A stretch of 63,676 nucleotides of DNA, filler included, from Octopus bimaculoides (GCF_001194135.2; 5 parts of 5 records of this genome joined end to end with filler, not necessarily neighbours in it); one strand, 5' to 3'. Positions 36,686 through 49,334 are shown, numbered from the whole stretch's first letter. Numbers and translations are program-made. The notes: generated by a model not told the origin, from the letters alone.

Positions 36686-37369
36686 TATGTATATATATAC
36701 ACTCACACACATGTATATATATACACATGTGTGTGTGTGTGTGTGTGTTTCTATATATATATGTATGTATACATATATACACACAAAGCTGTATACATAT
36801 GCCCATACACGGACACACCGTGTGGATAACACAACATATGACTAAACTAAAAACATAAGCGGTATATCATGTGACTAAAGAGCGACTGTGAACCAAAATA
36901 TGCTGTTCTGTGTGTGTGTGTGTTTGAGAGAGAGAGAGAGAGAAATAAACGGCAGGACACAGTGAATAGTGTCGCTGTAGGTATATAACACCTGAAGAAA
37001 AAACGGTATAATTAGCGATTAGGAAATGCCTTTCATCATATATCTGTTCAACCAGCACTGACCTGGGCCGAAGCAACAACACCGCTGTTGAAGCCAAAGG
37101 ACACAACGTGATGTAATCGAAATCATATGTCCCAAAGTGTTTATTGGATCGATATTTATGATTCACTGCCTTTCTTTATGATTTAAGAGAATTATAAATA
37201 ATAATACATTTTGTTGATTCAAAAATATGTTCGACAATCTGTAGCGTTTCTTCTCCCCCACTCTCTCTTTCTCTCTCTCTCTCCCCCCTCTCTTACTCCT
37301 GTCGCTGAGAAGTAACAGGTGTATTGCTTTGCCTTTATTCAAATTTATCTTGATATTATTGTTGTTGTT

Positions 37370-37520
37370 GCCGTTGTTATTTAACCCCGAGACAGGACTG
37401 ATCCAGTAGGTTTATGATCGGTGTACTCCAACCACTAAGGCCGTCCTGTCTTTTTTGTATAAGAACTAGATTATCCCGAGGTATTCTGCTTATTAAGGAC
37501 GGTTGGGTGTGATCCAGAGG
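37370..37520 (-). mobile_element. SINE-like family D fragment with (CAA)n tail
   Basis: ttgttgttg...ttaacccc...ctgatccag...tatgatc...ccgtcctgtctttttt. Confidence 0.45.
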
Positions 37521-37600
37521 AGATGGTAGCAGCTGAAGCGACTGCGTCGAGCTTTTGTCTTCATTGTTGAACGTGTTTGTGTCCAAATATTTAGTAAGCA

Positions 37601-37685
<85 letters not shown>

Positions 37686-38927
37686 NNNNNNNNNNNNNNN
37701 NNNNNNNNNNNNNNNNNNNNNNNNNNNNNNNNNNNNNNNNNNNNNNNNNNNNNNNNNNNNNNNNNNNNNNNNNNNNNNNNNNNNNNNNNNNNNNNNNNNN
37801 NNNNNNNNNNNNNNNNNNNNNNNNNNNNNNNNNNNNNNNNNNNNNNNNNNNNNNNNNNNNNNNNNNNNNNNNNNNNNNNNNNNNNNNNNNNNNNNNNNNN
37901 NNNNNNNNNNNNNNNNNNNNNNNNNNNNNNNNNNNNNNNNNNNNNNNNNNNNNNNNNNNNNNNNNNNNNNNNNNNNNNNNNNNNNNNNNNNNNNNNNNNN
38001 NNNNNNNNNNNNNNNNNNNNNNNNNNNNNNNNNNNNNNNNNNNNNNNNNNNNNNNNNNNNNNNNNNNNNNNNNNNNNNNNNNNNNNNNNNNNNNNNNNNN
38101 NNNNNNNNNNNNNNNNNNNNNNNNNNNNNNNNNNNNNNNNNNNNNNNNNNNNNNNNNNNNNNNNNNNNNNNNNNNNNNNNNNNNNNNNNNNNNNNNNNNN
38201 NNNNNNNNNNNNNNNNNNNNNNNNNNNNNNNNNNNNNNNNNNNNNNNNNNNNNNNNNNNNNNNNNNNNNNNNNNNNNNNNNNNNNNNNNNNNNNNNNNNN
38301 NNNNNNNNNNNNNNNNNNNNNNNNNNNNNNNNNNNNNNNNNNNNNNNNNNNNNNNNNNNNNNNNNNNNNNNNNNNNNNNNNNNNNNNNNNNNNNNNNNNN
38401 NNNNNNNNNNNNNNNNNNNNNNNNNNNNNNNNNNNNNNNNNNNNNNNNNNNNNNNNNNNNNNNNNNNNNNNNNNNNNNNNNNNNNNNNNNNNNNNNNNNN
38501 NNNNNNNNNNNNNNNNNNNNNNNNNNNNNNNNNNNNNNNNNNNNNNNNNNNNNNNNNNNNNNNNNNNNNNNNNNNNNNNNNNNNNNNNNNNNNNNNNNNA
38601 TCGTTAGTTGAATTCGACTTTTCTGTGATTAGTGTATTTACATGTGTATATAGAACAGGGAAATCAAAATAGTTTGGCTTTGCGGGTCATAATGAAATGT
38701 AAGGAGATATAGCGTGCCGGATAGGGACAATTATTCCTCAAAACTTCTATTCATAATGTATGTCAAAGTAAATAGATTAAGGGATCAGTTTACATTAAAG
38801 AAAGGAAAGACTATGAGGTATTAGAGAAATTTGGGTCCAAATATAAGTGGGGAAAAGATCATCCTCACGGTGTATAATGTGTGTGTGTGTACATGTGTGT
38901 GGGTCTATATGTGTGCGGGTGTGCGCG

Positions 38928-38929
<2 letters not shown>

Positions 38930-38959
<30 letters not shown>

Positions 38960-39133
38960 TGTATGTATGTATGTATATGCAAATATAAGTCCTGGGACTA
39001 AAAACCCTTCCAAGGAGATGCTCTCGAATGGCCGCAGTCAAATGACTGAAACAAGTAAAAGATATGTATATATATGTGTGTGTGTATGTATATACATACG
39101 TATTTATGTATATACATGTATATATATATACAG

Positions 39134-39178
<45 letters not shown>

Positions 39179-39180
39179 TA
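38930..39180 (+). repeat. (TATG)n and (GATA)n microsatellites around a SINE A tail (38985-39062)
   Basis: Direct inspection; tail ataagtcctgg...tggccgcagtcaaatgactgaaacaagtaaaaga. Confidence 0.85.
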
Positions 39181-40541
39181 TGCTTATATGTGTGTGTGTG
39201 TGTGTATGCATATACATGTATGTGTGCGTATACATATATATGTGTGTGTGTGTGTGTGTATGCATATACACACTCACTCATACATACATACATACATACA
39301 TAGATAAATAGGTCAACATGTAATTATTTAATGTCTAACTTTTTCCCTGATGATATATTTTGTTCATAACTTATAAATGCAAACTTAATGCATAAATTTG
39401 TAATTTATCCAATGACTATAAATGGAAACAACTGAAGGAAGAAATGATTATTAATTTATTAATGAATAGATATTAACAACTAACTCTCCATTTTCCAAAG
39501 ACATAAGCTATAGAACCAATGTTTTCTTGGATCTAATCATCCCTTTAAGAAGTTAATATATCCTCTAATTAACTTATATATGTATGTATGTTTGTATGTA
39601 TATGTATACATATTTTGTATTTCATACCTTATTATATTTAATAATATTATATTATATTTGTTATATTATTATATTATATCTGATTTGTTTATCCGCAAAA
39701 TTACATCTATATCCGCTGTACATGATCCGTCTTATAGCCATTCTTTACCGTGTGGAGTCGATCCCCTGTAAAGATATTGGAGTCTAAGTTTGAATCTTTT
39801 GAGCACTAGTGTTTTCTGTACTGAGAATCCCTGGATCTCATCTGTGGACTGTACATGTATGTATGCATGTACGTATACACACACATCATATAGCGCGCGC
39901 GCGCACACACACACACGCACACATACACACGCACGGTTTCAGCAAGAAAAGATTTTCAATATCGTTCATAACCACTGGAAACCATTCAGACAAACTCGTC
40001 CCACACGCTCGCTTTCGTTGGATTCGACGTGTATAGACAAAGAGAAAAGAAATACGTCTCGTCTTTTAGTCTACATAAGACTCATAAGCTCCTTTTCTAT
40101 TGGTTGAGATAACAAAAGTTGCGTTGATTTGACTAATCGGAGCAGGTCTTGCTATATTTTTATAGAATATATGAATTTTTTTTTTTTTTAATGATTATAA
40201 TTTTCTTTTCTACAAAACTGAGCCAGAGGTTCGACTAAAAACCATCGCAGGCTCAAACCGGCTTGTAAGCCGATTGTTTGACACACCTGCTATGGTGTAT
40301 AGTTTATCAACCCCAAAGAGATAATAGACAAGTAAAAGTCGGTGAGCAGGAATAAAATCACAGGAGAAAAAAAAAATGATGCCACTTTTCATTTAAATAC
40401 GCCGAGTAAGATTTAAAATAATTAAAAAAATAATAATTTAACCCAATTATTAGCTAACCATACGGCTTGTACACAAGAGCAACACAATTTGTATAATGAC
40501 TTAACAGGCAAGATCCTTCGGTATTGGTCTCCAGAGTGTCG

Positions 40542-40641
40542 GTATGCGGAGACGACGCCATTCACCCTCGTTTTCAGCCTAGCCTCTTTATCTGTATCAT
40601 GAGGGAAGGCTGTGTGGGTGAATGAAGTCGTCTCCCAATAC
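40542..40641. other. 100-nt imperfect hairpin in unique, GC-richer sequence
   Basis: gtat..ggagacgac..cattcaccc / gggtgaatg..gtcgtctcc..atac, plus inner cagcct/aggctg and cctc/gagg. Confidence 0.55.
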
Positions 40642-41280
40642 TACATAACATATGCATAAAAAGAAAATCAAGTTTTAGTCAATACTTTCAATACAAGTTT
40701 TTTTTAATGATATTTGTGTGCGGCGTTTTTTTCTTTCCTATCTCTATCTCTATTCATCGCTGGCACGATTTGAACCCAAAACCTAACGCGAAGTAGCTAA
40801 ATATCAAAGTCAGTTTATTCCAATTTGCGTAACAACGGTTATGCTATGAACTTCATAAGTTCGTAACATGACCATAGTTTTTCCTGCATCGGTTCTTTTT
40901 CTTATTCTTATTACTGCTCTATACTCGTCTAGCACTTTGTTCTGAAGCATACGCGTATATTGAGTTCTTCGCCAAGTTTATTAGTCAGGCAATACCTGAG
41001 CGAAACACACACACACATATATATATAATATAACTTACGTTATAATTGTGATTTATTCATAATTATAAACACTTCTTATATATATATAATTTAAGGTGTT
41101 TTCCTTTAGGAACGTACTAGGGTACAAAATAGAACTCATTCAGCCTCCGAATTACCAATTAGCCGGTAGTATTAACCATATACTTCCAAGTTTAGGTTTA
41201 GGCATTCATCGTGTGTGAAAATAAAATTGAATAAAATAGAGTCAACAAGAAGGAGTACGGTTAGACAGCTACTTAATAAA

Positions 41281-41382
41281 CGCTACACATATTTCGATAC
41301 AACATAGATCTACATATATATAGGATTTAAAGTAAGCAACGGTTTACCTGTAGAATGGGATCCAGTTGTATCTCTTCAGGTG
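41281..41382 (-). ncRNA. Type-I hammerhead ribozyme motif with extended stem II
   Basis: Minus strand: cac-CUGAAGA-gatacaac(61 nt)gttgtatc-GAAA-tatgtgU-A|-gcg. Perfect 8-bp stem II, extendable by tggatc/gatcta; helix III AUAUGUGU (wobble palindrome); GUA triplet; stem I weak. Confidence 0.65.
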
Positions 41383-41401
41383 ATATATAGTTGCTGCCCC
41401 G

Positions 41402-41475
41402 TTAGTAAACCTTTTGGCTTCGATGCTAACACATGTACGTTGGTTGTGTTAGCATTGAAGTCAAAGGTCTACTGA
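41402..41475 (+). ncRNA. Pre-miRNA-like hairpin (candidate)
   Basis: 24-bp upper stem (2 G-U, 1 bulge), 11-nt loop starting UGU, plus a 6-bp lower stem; 74 nt in total. Confidence 0.35.
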
Positions 41476-41885
41476 ATGGAAGAATGCATATACTAATACC
41501 TATATGATAAAGATAACTAGGAAAAAATGCAATGTATATTTTAAACGTCTTTTTGTTTATTTTCCTTTAAATCTCACCTATTGAAGAGTACAAATTCGAC
41601 CTTTGTGATGTCCTTTTTACTGAAATCTTGGTCCTTTTTTAGGATTATGGAATAAAAGGATAATCCATTTTAACATCTAATCTGCCTCATTTAATTTATT
41701 TGACGAAATTTATTGAATTTTGTTTAATAAATTAAGTTTTTCATACATTCATACCTATACGATTTAAAAATTCGTAAATAACGTATGATGAAAAGGCATT
41801 AGAAATCTATGGGAAAAAATTCCTATTAAAGGACGAAGATATATCTATCCGGATAAATATTATATACATATATAGACAGACACAC

Positions 41886-42262
41886 ATATTCTTTTACTTG
41901 TTTCAGTCATTTGACTGCGGTCAAGCTGGAGCAGCGCCTTGGAGTGTTTTTGTCGAACAATTCGACCCCACCACTTATTTTTAAGCCAAGTATTTATTCT
42001 ATCAGTCTCTTGGCCGAACCGCTAGATTACGGGGACGTAAACAGATCAACATCGGTTGTCAAGCGATGATGGGGGACAAACATAGACACATATAGACATA
42101 TACATATACGATAGACTTCTTTCAGTTTCTGTCTACCAAATCCACTCTCAAGGCTTTTGTCGGCTCGATGCTATAGAAGAAGACACTTGCCCAAGGTGTC
42201 ACGCAGTAAGATTGAATCCAGAGCCATATAGTCGGGAAGCAAGCTTTTTACCACCCACACCA
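41886..42262 (-). mobile_element. SINE family A, near full length
   Basis: cttttacttgtttcagtcatttgactgcgg...agacacttgcccaaggtgtcacgcag...ttaccac. Confidence 0.9.
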
Positions 42263-42654
42263 CATATATGCATACATATGTACGAATATGTGTTTATATT
42301 TCTCTATAGATCTTTCTGAATTAATTTCATACCTGATAACTGCCTGTTTATTCTTTTCTAACGCACACACACAAACACACTATTTCTGAAAACTTTACAT
42401 GAAATGCAAAACGCGCAGTTAAATCTGTAATGGAAATTGTATATACCGAATATTTCCAAAATGAGAGTGTTGAATTCATTTACACAGGAAATGAAGTTCT
42501 CTGAAAGCTGTTGTTGGTAGCTAAATTTACTTCACGTGTTTTGATACAGGTACGGAAGAGTATCGCTCGTTCTGTAAAGTCGCATTATTATTATTCTTTC
42601 TTTCTTTCTTTCTTTCTTCATTTATTTATTTATCTATTTATCTTCATCGTTTAT

Positions 42655-42964
42655 CATTTACTTGTTTCAATCATTCGACTGTGGCCATACTGGAGCACCA
42701 CCTTGAATTGTTTTATTCAGACAAATCGACCCTATTCGCCTTTCATCCTTTCGGGGGTCGATAGATTAAGTACCAGTTGCGTACTGGGATCGATCAAATC
42801 GACTGGCCCCTTCCCCAAAGATTTTCGGGCCTTGTGTCTAGAGCAGAAAAAATTATTATTATCATTATTTAGTTTGGTACTTATTCTATCGACCACCTTT
42901 GCCGTACTGCTAATGTTACGGTGGACGTAAACAAACACCAGTTGTCAAGCGGTGGGGGAGGATA

Positions 42965-43013
<49 letters not shown>

Positions 43014-43195
43014 GAGTTACAGAATGGAGTATGGGGACGAACTCTCACAGTTTCCATCTACCAAAGTCACTCCCAAGGTCTTGGTTGTCCTGGGCTATAA
43101 TAGAAGTCGCTTACCCAAAGTGTCACGCATTGAGACTGAACCTGAAACCATGTGCTTTGCACAGCGAGCCTGTTCTACGCAGTCAAACCTGCGTC
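42655..43195 (-). mobile_element. SINE family A with a nested 5'-truncated family B SINE (42736-42868, +)
   Basis: The A tail and A body are separated by gcctttcatcctttcgggggtcgatag...ggccttgtgtc + TAT tail. Confidence 0.75.
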
Positions 43196-43759
43196 TATNN
43201 NNNNNNNNNNNNNNNNNNNNNNNNNNNNNNNNNNNNNNNNNNNNNNNNNNNNNNNNNNNNNNNNNNNNNNNNNNNNNNNNNNNNNNNNNNNNNNNNNNNN
43301 NNNNNNNNNNNNNNNNNNNNNNNNNNNNNNNNNNNNNNNNNNNNNNNNNNNNNNNNNNNNNNNNNNNNNNNNNNNNNNNNNNNNNNNNNNNNNNNNNNNN
43401 NNNNNNNNNNNNNNNNNNNGATGCAGCGTAACAGAAACTAAATACATTTCTTTGTTACCGTTTCGGTTTTCATTTCTATACCTTACTTTGTGTCTCCCAC
43501 AAAACAAGGGCTTATTGAGCCATTCTCGCGTGACGTACGTGACAGAGACCCCAATTACCAAATCATGGAATATCCAACCTATGAATCTCGAACAATTGCA
43601 AGAATTGTGCTGATTCATTTTCGGCAATAAAGTTTGACCGCATAGGAAAGTCTTAGATGAAAATTGTTTTAGCTGAAATGTATGCTGAATATTTTAAAGA
43701 GGACCCCACAAAAGTATGATGTACGTGACATCGCACAAAACCTTTTAACCCTTGAAAAT

Positions 43760-44057
43760 AGTAGTTTCAAATTTTGGCAATAGTGCTCAACTGGTGCTTT
43801 TCTTATCAACTCTGAAAAGATGAAAGGCAAAGTTGACTGCAGCTGAATTTGAACTCCAGCTTGCCTTAATCTTTGAAAATAATTCTTTTGCTATAGGTAC
43901 CTTGACACCAGTGCTTGACTGATACTTATTTTATCGACCCTGAAAGTGTGAAAAGCAAAGTTGACTTCAGCAGAATTTGAACTCAAAACGTAAAGACGGA
44001 CGAACTACCGCTAAGCATTTTTATCCGTTGTGCTTAACGATTCTGTTAGCTCGCCAC
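43760..44057 (-). mobile_element. Two adjacent SINE family B copies
   Basis: Repeated gatgaaaggcaaagttgac...gaatttgaactc motif; second copy ends cgattctgttagctcgccacctt. Confidence 0.8.
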
Positions 44058-44544
44058 CTTAATCCCCAGAAAATATCAACTATCAATTTCGCTGAATTTC
44101 TCCAGAGCAACATAAAATGCCTCACGGAGTTTATGTACATTGACCTCGAAATTTCAAAAATGCTAATGAGTTCGGTTGACATCGATGTCTATGGTCACAA
44201 TTCTGATTTTCCTGGTGTGATATGCATGATAGTCTGACGTAAGCGACAAAAAGCTTCATGTTAACAACAATGCTGTTTAAATGTAGAAGAAATTATCCAA
44301 CTATCGATATCAGGTTGAATATGAACCATTTCAATATACCTCTACAGCTTTATAGGGATATGTTTGTTTGTTTTTTTTGTTTTTTTCAAGGCATAAGTGT
44401 CTCTCATAAGAATGAGAGACACTACCTGGTCACTCGACCTACTAAATATAGCTGTCCAATTTCGCTCATATCATAAGTTTGCAGTATCAGAAATGACCTT
44501 GGTCTGAACAACAACGACAGCAATAATAATAATAATTATTATCA

Positions 44545-44958
44545 TTAAACTATAAGGTACAAGGCTTGGAATTTTGGGGAAGGAACTTGTCAATTACATA
44601 GACCTTCAGAGTTCAACTGGTACTTACTACATCGACTCCGGAGGGTTAAAAGGCAAAACCGACCGCGGCGGAATTTGAACCTCAAACGTAAAGACGGACG
44701 AAATGCCACTAAGCAGTTTTGCCTAACATGCTTACGATTCTACCAGCTCACCGCCTTAAATAATATTTCTTTTGATATTGGTTTCAAATTTCGGGGCACA
44801 CGTAAGTCGATTACATGAACCCCAGTACTCAACTGGTAACTTATTGCATCGACCCCGAAGGGATGAAAGGTAAAGTCGAACACGGCAGGATTTGAACTCA
44901 GAACATGAAGATCGACAAAAATGCCGCTAAGCATTTTGTCTAGCATGCTAACGATTCT
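44545..44958 (-). mobile_element. Two tandem SINE family B copies
   Basis: Heads at about 44757 (cgattctaccagctcaccgcctt) and about 44958. Confidence 0.85.
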
Positions 44959-45329
44959 CTGTTAAGGTACAGACATTTTACAGGAAGCAATTATAGTGAT
45001 ACTAATCTATTTTGGTACATCATTAATAACTATTTTATTGACTCCGATCCGGTGAGATTTCGACTCTGATTTTTAAAGATCGAAACTAAATGGTATCAGA
45101 TAAATATTTGCCTCTTACCAACATATTTATTTATTTATTTTGTTCAAACGTGTGCTGCTGCAGACAGAGACAATATTCATTAGAGATATTGAGTGTATCC
45201 ATTTATTTGAGTTGTTTAGTTTTTAGGTCAGTCTTGCTTGATCCATCAAATCTACGTGTGCCATCTTGTCTATTACACAGACGTTGTGTGTACGTGTGTG
45301 TGTGTGTGTGTACTCGCATGCATGCGTGA

Positions 45330-45391
<62 letters not shown>

Positions 45392-46261
45392 TAAGAAAAT
45401 ATATATATATATATATATATGCATAAGAAATTAAAGTGACAAAGGAATAAAAAATTGTGTCATTAACTTCATTAGCTTCTGTTATAAGATGCAATGCATT
45501 CATAGTCGAATGCTTGTGCATCATGCCTGTAGCATCATGAAGTGCAATTTTATTTCGGAAAGCGTTCACATTTTGTGAACACTTTCTTAAATAAAACTGC
45601 ACCTCATTTTTTAAGCTCCAGTGAATCTATAGGGTGGTACACTAGCACTCAAATATGAGTACATTGCATCTTATAGCAGGGAAAGCTGTTAACTAATGAA
45701 GATCGTGATATAATTTTTTATTGCCTTGTCATTTCAATTTCTTTTTACTGCTTTGTACCCAACTGACGCTTTGTTTATTGAGTTCTAAAACTAGATTATT
45801 AATATCGCTGTGCCTCAGCGAATGCTTGTCTCTTAGAGACAGCAAGGATTATCAGGAGGGTTCTAAGCACTTGAAAGACTACTGAAAACTTGTGGATACT
45901 TAAGGTTTTAGGTAGTAACCGGCTACCCACATAAATCCTGCCAGGAATAAGACCATACCTGAGCCAAACCAAAATAATGTAATTATCCTTTTTACTAAAA
46001 GAACAAGGGGGGATACTAGTCGATTACATCGGCGCCAGTATTTCACTGGTACTTAATTTCTCTTTCACTCTCTCTCTTTCTCTCACACTCTCTCTCTTTC
46101 TCTCACACTCTCTCTCTTTTCTCTTACTTCCTCTCTGTCCTTCTCTCTCTCATTTTACCACTTCTTTGATGTGTGACACACACATCAGGTACGTACAGAA
46201 AACAAAAAGTTAGCGTATTAATATTATTGATGATAATAATAATAATGATAATAATAATAAT

Positions 46262-46458
46262 AATCCTTTGTACTGGAAGCACAAGGCCTCAAATTTGGGG
46301 GACGGGATTAAGTGGATTACATCGACTCCAGTGCATAACTGGTACTTAATTTATCGACCCCGAAAGGATGAAAGGCAAAGTCGACCCCAGCGGCATTTCA
46401 GAACTTAACGACGAGCATTTTGTCCGGCGAGCTAACGATTCTGCCAGCTCGCCGCCTT
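46262..46458 (-). mobile_element. SINE family B
   Basis: aatcctttgtactggaagcacaaggcctc...atcgaccccgaaaggatgaaaggcaaagtcgac...cgattctgccagctcgccgcctt. Confidence 0.9.
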
Positions 46459-46489
46459 ATCATGATAATAATAATAATAATGTATAACT

Positions 46490-47028
46490 CTAATCTCCTT
46501 CAGCACAGGATCCTCTAACTTCAATACATTTGTTGCACTCCAGCCACTTCGTGAAAGCCCTGTGGAAGTCCTTCAAAATGAAGGATTCAAGGATCCTTGT
46601 CACATCCTCCTTCATCTCCACTTTGAGGAATAATCGAACATCTCAAGTAACAAGGTCTGGACTGTATGGCGGGTGAGAGACAATTTTGATGCCCATCTCT
46701 GTCAAGTAGTTGGTTACCAGGATGGAGCTGTGGACTGGTGCTGATTCTCAGGCCCTTTGCGACAAAATCTCTTCTTGAACTTCAAAACCTCCACAAAATA
46801 CCCTTTGTTGACCGTTTGTCAAAAAAGAGGATCACCATGAGCTCCCCTGTGTTCCTGCTTTGCCTGACCACTTGTGCCAACGAGACACAGATGCTCGGTT
46901 CATACAAGTTAATCCTTAAGCAGTCAGGAGTATTTCATTTGTTTCTCTAGCGTTTTTTTCCCCCCAGATTTAACATAAAATTTTATTGCCTAGCAAGTTT
47001 TCAAATTGTCTTCATGTTGCGACTGCAT
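46490..47028 (-). pseudogene. Internally deleted mariner transposase relic
   Basis: MQSQHEDNLKTC*AIKFYVK..KNARETNEIL..A*GLTCMNRASVSRWHK joined to VVRQSRNTGELMVILFFD...APVHSSILVTNYLTEMGIKIVSHPPYSPDLVT*D...FHRAFTKWLE..KCIEVRGSCAEGD*. HPPYSPDL is the mariner signature. Confidence 0.9.
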
Positions 47029-48360
47029 TCTGCAAACTAGTCAAATGTTTAGTAGAGTGTGCTAAAAGAGTTGTTACAGCCATCTCCGTTAATCTGGAAA
47101 AACAAAAGTTGACAGGTCAGCTTATTAGATGTATAGTAATGATATGCTAAGATTACAATAATCTAGGACAGTTATAACTACCTCCTAAAAATTAGTCTCA
47201 AAACTTCTGAAATGCACTTCATGCATGCATGCCTGTATTTATTTATTTATTTATTTATGTATGTTTGTATTATGTAATGCATATATTTGTGAGTATATAA
47301 TATATAAATATATGTAGATATAAAAGCAACACCAGCGATCAGGCTCGCACACACACTCAGACACACATATGCACACATACACACATACACAAACTATATA
47401 GAACGCTTATTCTATATATTTTTTTGTCTTTAACAGACATATATATTTGTGCTAAATAGATTTCCACTGAATATTTACATATTATTTATAGCCTTTGTGT
47501 GTTTCAAGATCCAAAGTTCCAAAATAGAATAATATAATATATATAGATATAGATATTGTGTATTTATTATATATATATGTATATATAATGTATATCATAT
47601 ATAGCGCGCGCGCGCGCACACACACACACACACACACTAGATGCGAGCTCATAGGTTTCGGTTCAGAAGTACGGCGTGGTTGCGTAAATACTCAAAGAAA
47701 ATGTATATATACGCTGCAATTCTACATACATTGTGTACTTTATTGAATATCGGTCTTCTTAGATTTGTAACCGAGAATATCTGATCTATTCCTCTTACTT
47801 TCTTCAACGAGTGTTGTGTCTCAAAACGGACGAACTCGCCTGCCAGGTAGATACTCAAAAATTGTTACACACAGACACACACACACACAAATACATGTAT
47901 ATGTATGTGTATACACACACACGCACACATACACACACATATATAACGCTCAACGTTTGTGTGTTTGCATACGTGTATGTATAACATGTAAAGATCAAAG
48001 GGTAAGACGCGTAGACAAACGAATGTGTACATACGCATGTGTGTTGATTTGAAGACAGCACAACTATGCTTCAGTTTATCGTATTTGCTCTCTCTCTCTC
48101 TCTCTCTCACTCACTCTCTCTGCCTCTTTCTCGTTTCTCTCTCTGCCTCTTTCTCGTTTCTGCTAATGACCTTTATTCGTTTCTCTTCCTATTAATGTTG
48201 TTGCTGATCAAATGTCATTCGGAATTTCGGAACGTGAGGTTCCTTGTTCCAACCACATGCTTGAATGTGTATGTTGTTTATACAAGCGGGAGGGAGGGGG
48301 TCGTGTGCATGTGTGTACGTGTGTATCTATATGTATATATGTATATGCTTGTATGAGTGC

Positions 48361-48396
<36 letters not shown>

Positions 48397-48999
48397 TTGT
48401 TTCTTTCTTTGTATGTATACATTCGTGCATAATGTGTGTGTTTGTGTGCGCGCACGCGAGCGTGTGCATGCGCATAGTGTGTTGTTAGATCCTGAAGTAA
48501 TCGCACTTAAATTGTAGAATTACGAATCGAAATCACGAAAATTATAGCAGATGATAATAGCTTTTCATTAGTTTTGTTAACAATAGTGATTCGTGAGTAC
48601 AAAAATGAATCACCCTAATTAATATTGCTGCTATCGTCTTTGTGATTGCATTTTCTTGCTATTTTTAGATATTTTTTAAAGTCCCCTAAATTATGATAGT
48701 TGGACGAAAATTCAATGGAATTTACATATTTCCAGAAGCCGGAATTTTTGCGGTTGGTGAGACGGTAGATTCTTAGAGAAGTTCATAGAAAACCATTCAT
48801 GGTCTTAAAAATAACCGACTTCAAGAGAAAATAATAACACAAATCAAATTATTCAAACATACAAAAGTAGTCAAAGAAAGCTTTTTTTTTTCTGTCTCTA
48901 ATTACGTTGCAAAATTAAAATATTGTATTTACTTTATAGGAAAACAGAATTTTTTGAAGATTCTCTCGAAAATAATGATGATGACGGATGATAAAAACA

Positions 49000-49175
49000 A
49001 TAATCCTTTCTACTATAGACACAAAGCTTGCAATTTTTGGAGGGTCGGTGCTAGTCGATTACATCGACCTCAGTACCCAACTGGTGCTTATTTTCTTTTT
49101 ATCTGAAAGGATGAAAAGCAAATTTCACCTCGGCAGAACGTAAAGAGCCAGAAAAAATGCTAGCTCGCCACCTTT
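49000..49175 (-). mobile_element. SINE family B
   Basis: aatcctttctactatagacacaaagcttg...gtcgattacatcgacctcagtacccaactgg...gctagctcgccacctt. Confidence 0.8.
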
Positions 49176-49334
49176 TCTCATTGTCGACCTACTATAAAAG
49201 GTGTAATCCTATATTCTACAAGAATCCTATGAAAGATTCATGAAATTTTAAGATACTTTTTTTCGCCAAACTGCAAAACACTAACCTTGCTAACTAATTA
49301 ATATAGCATGTAATAGTTATAAGAGGTTATTATT

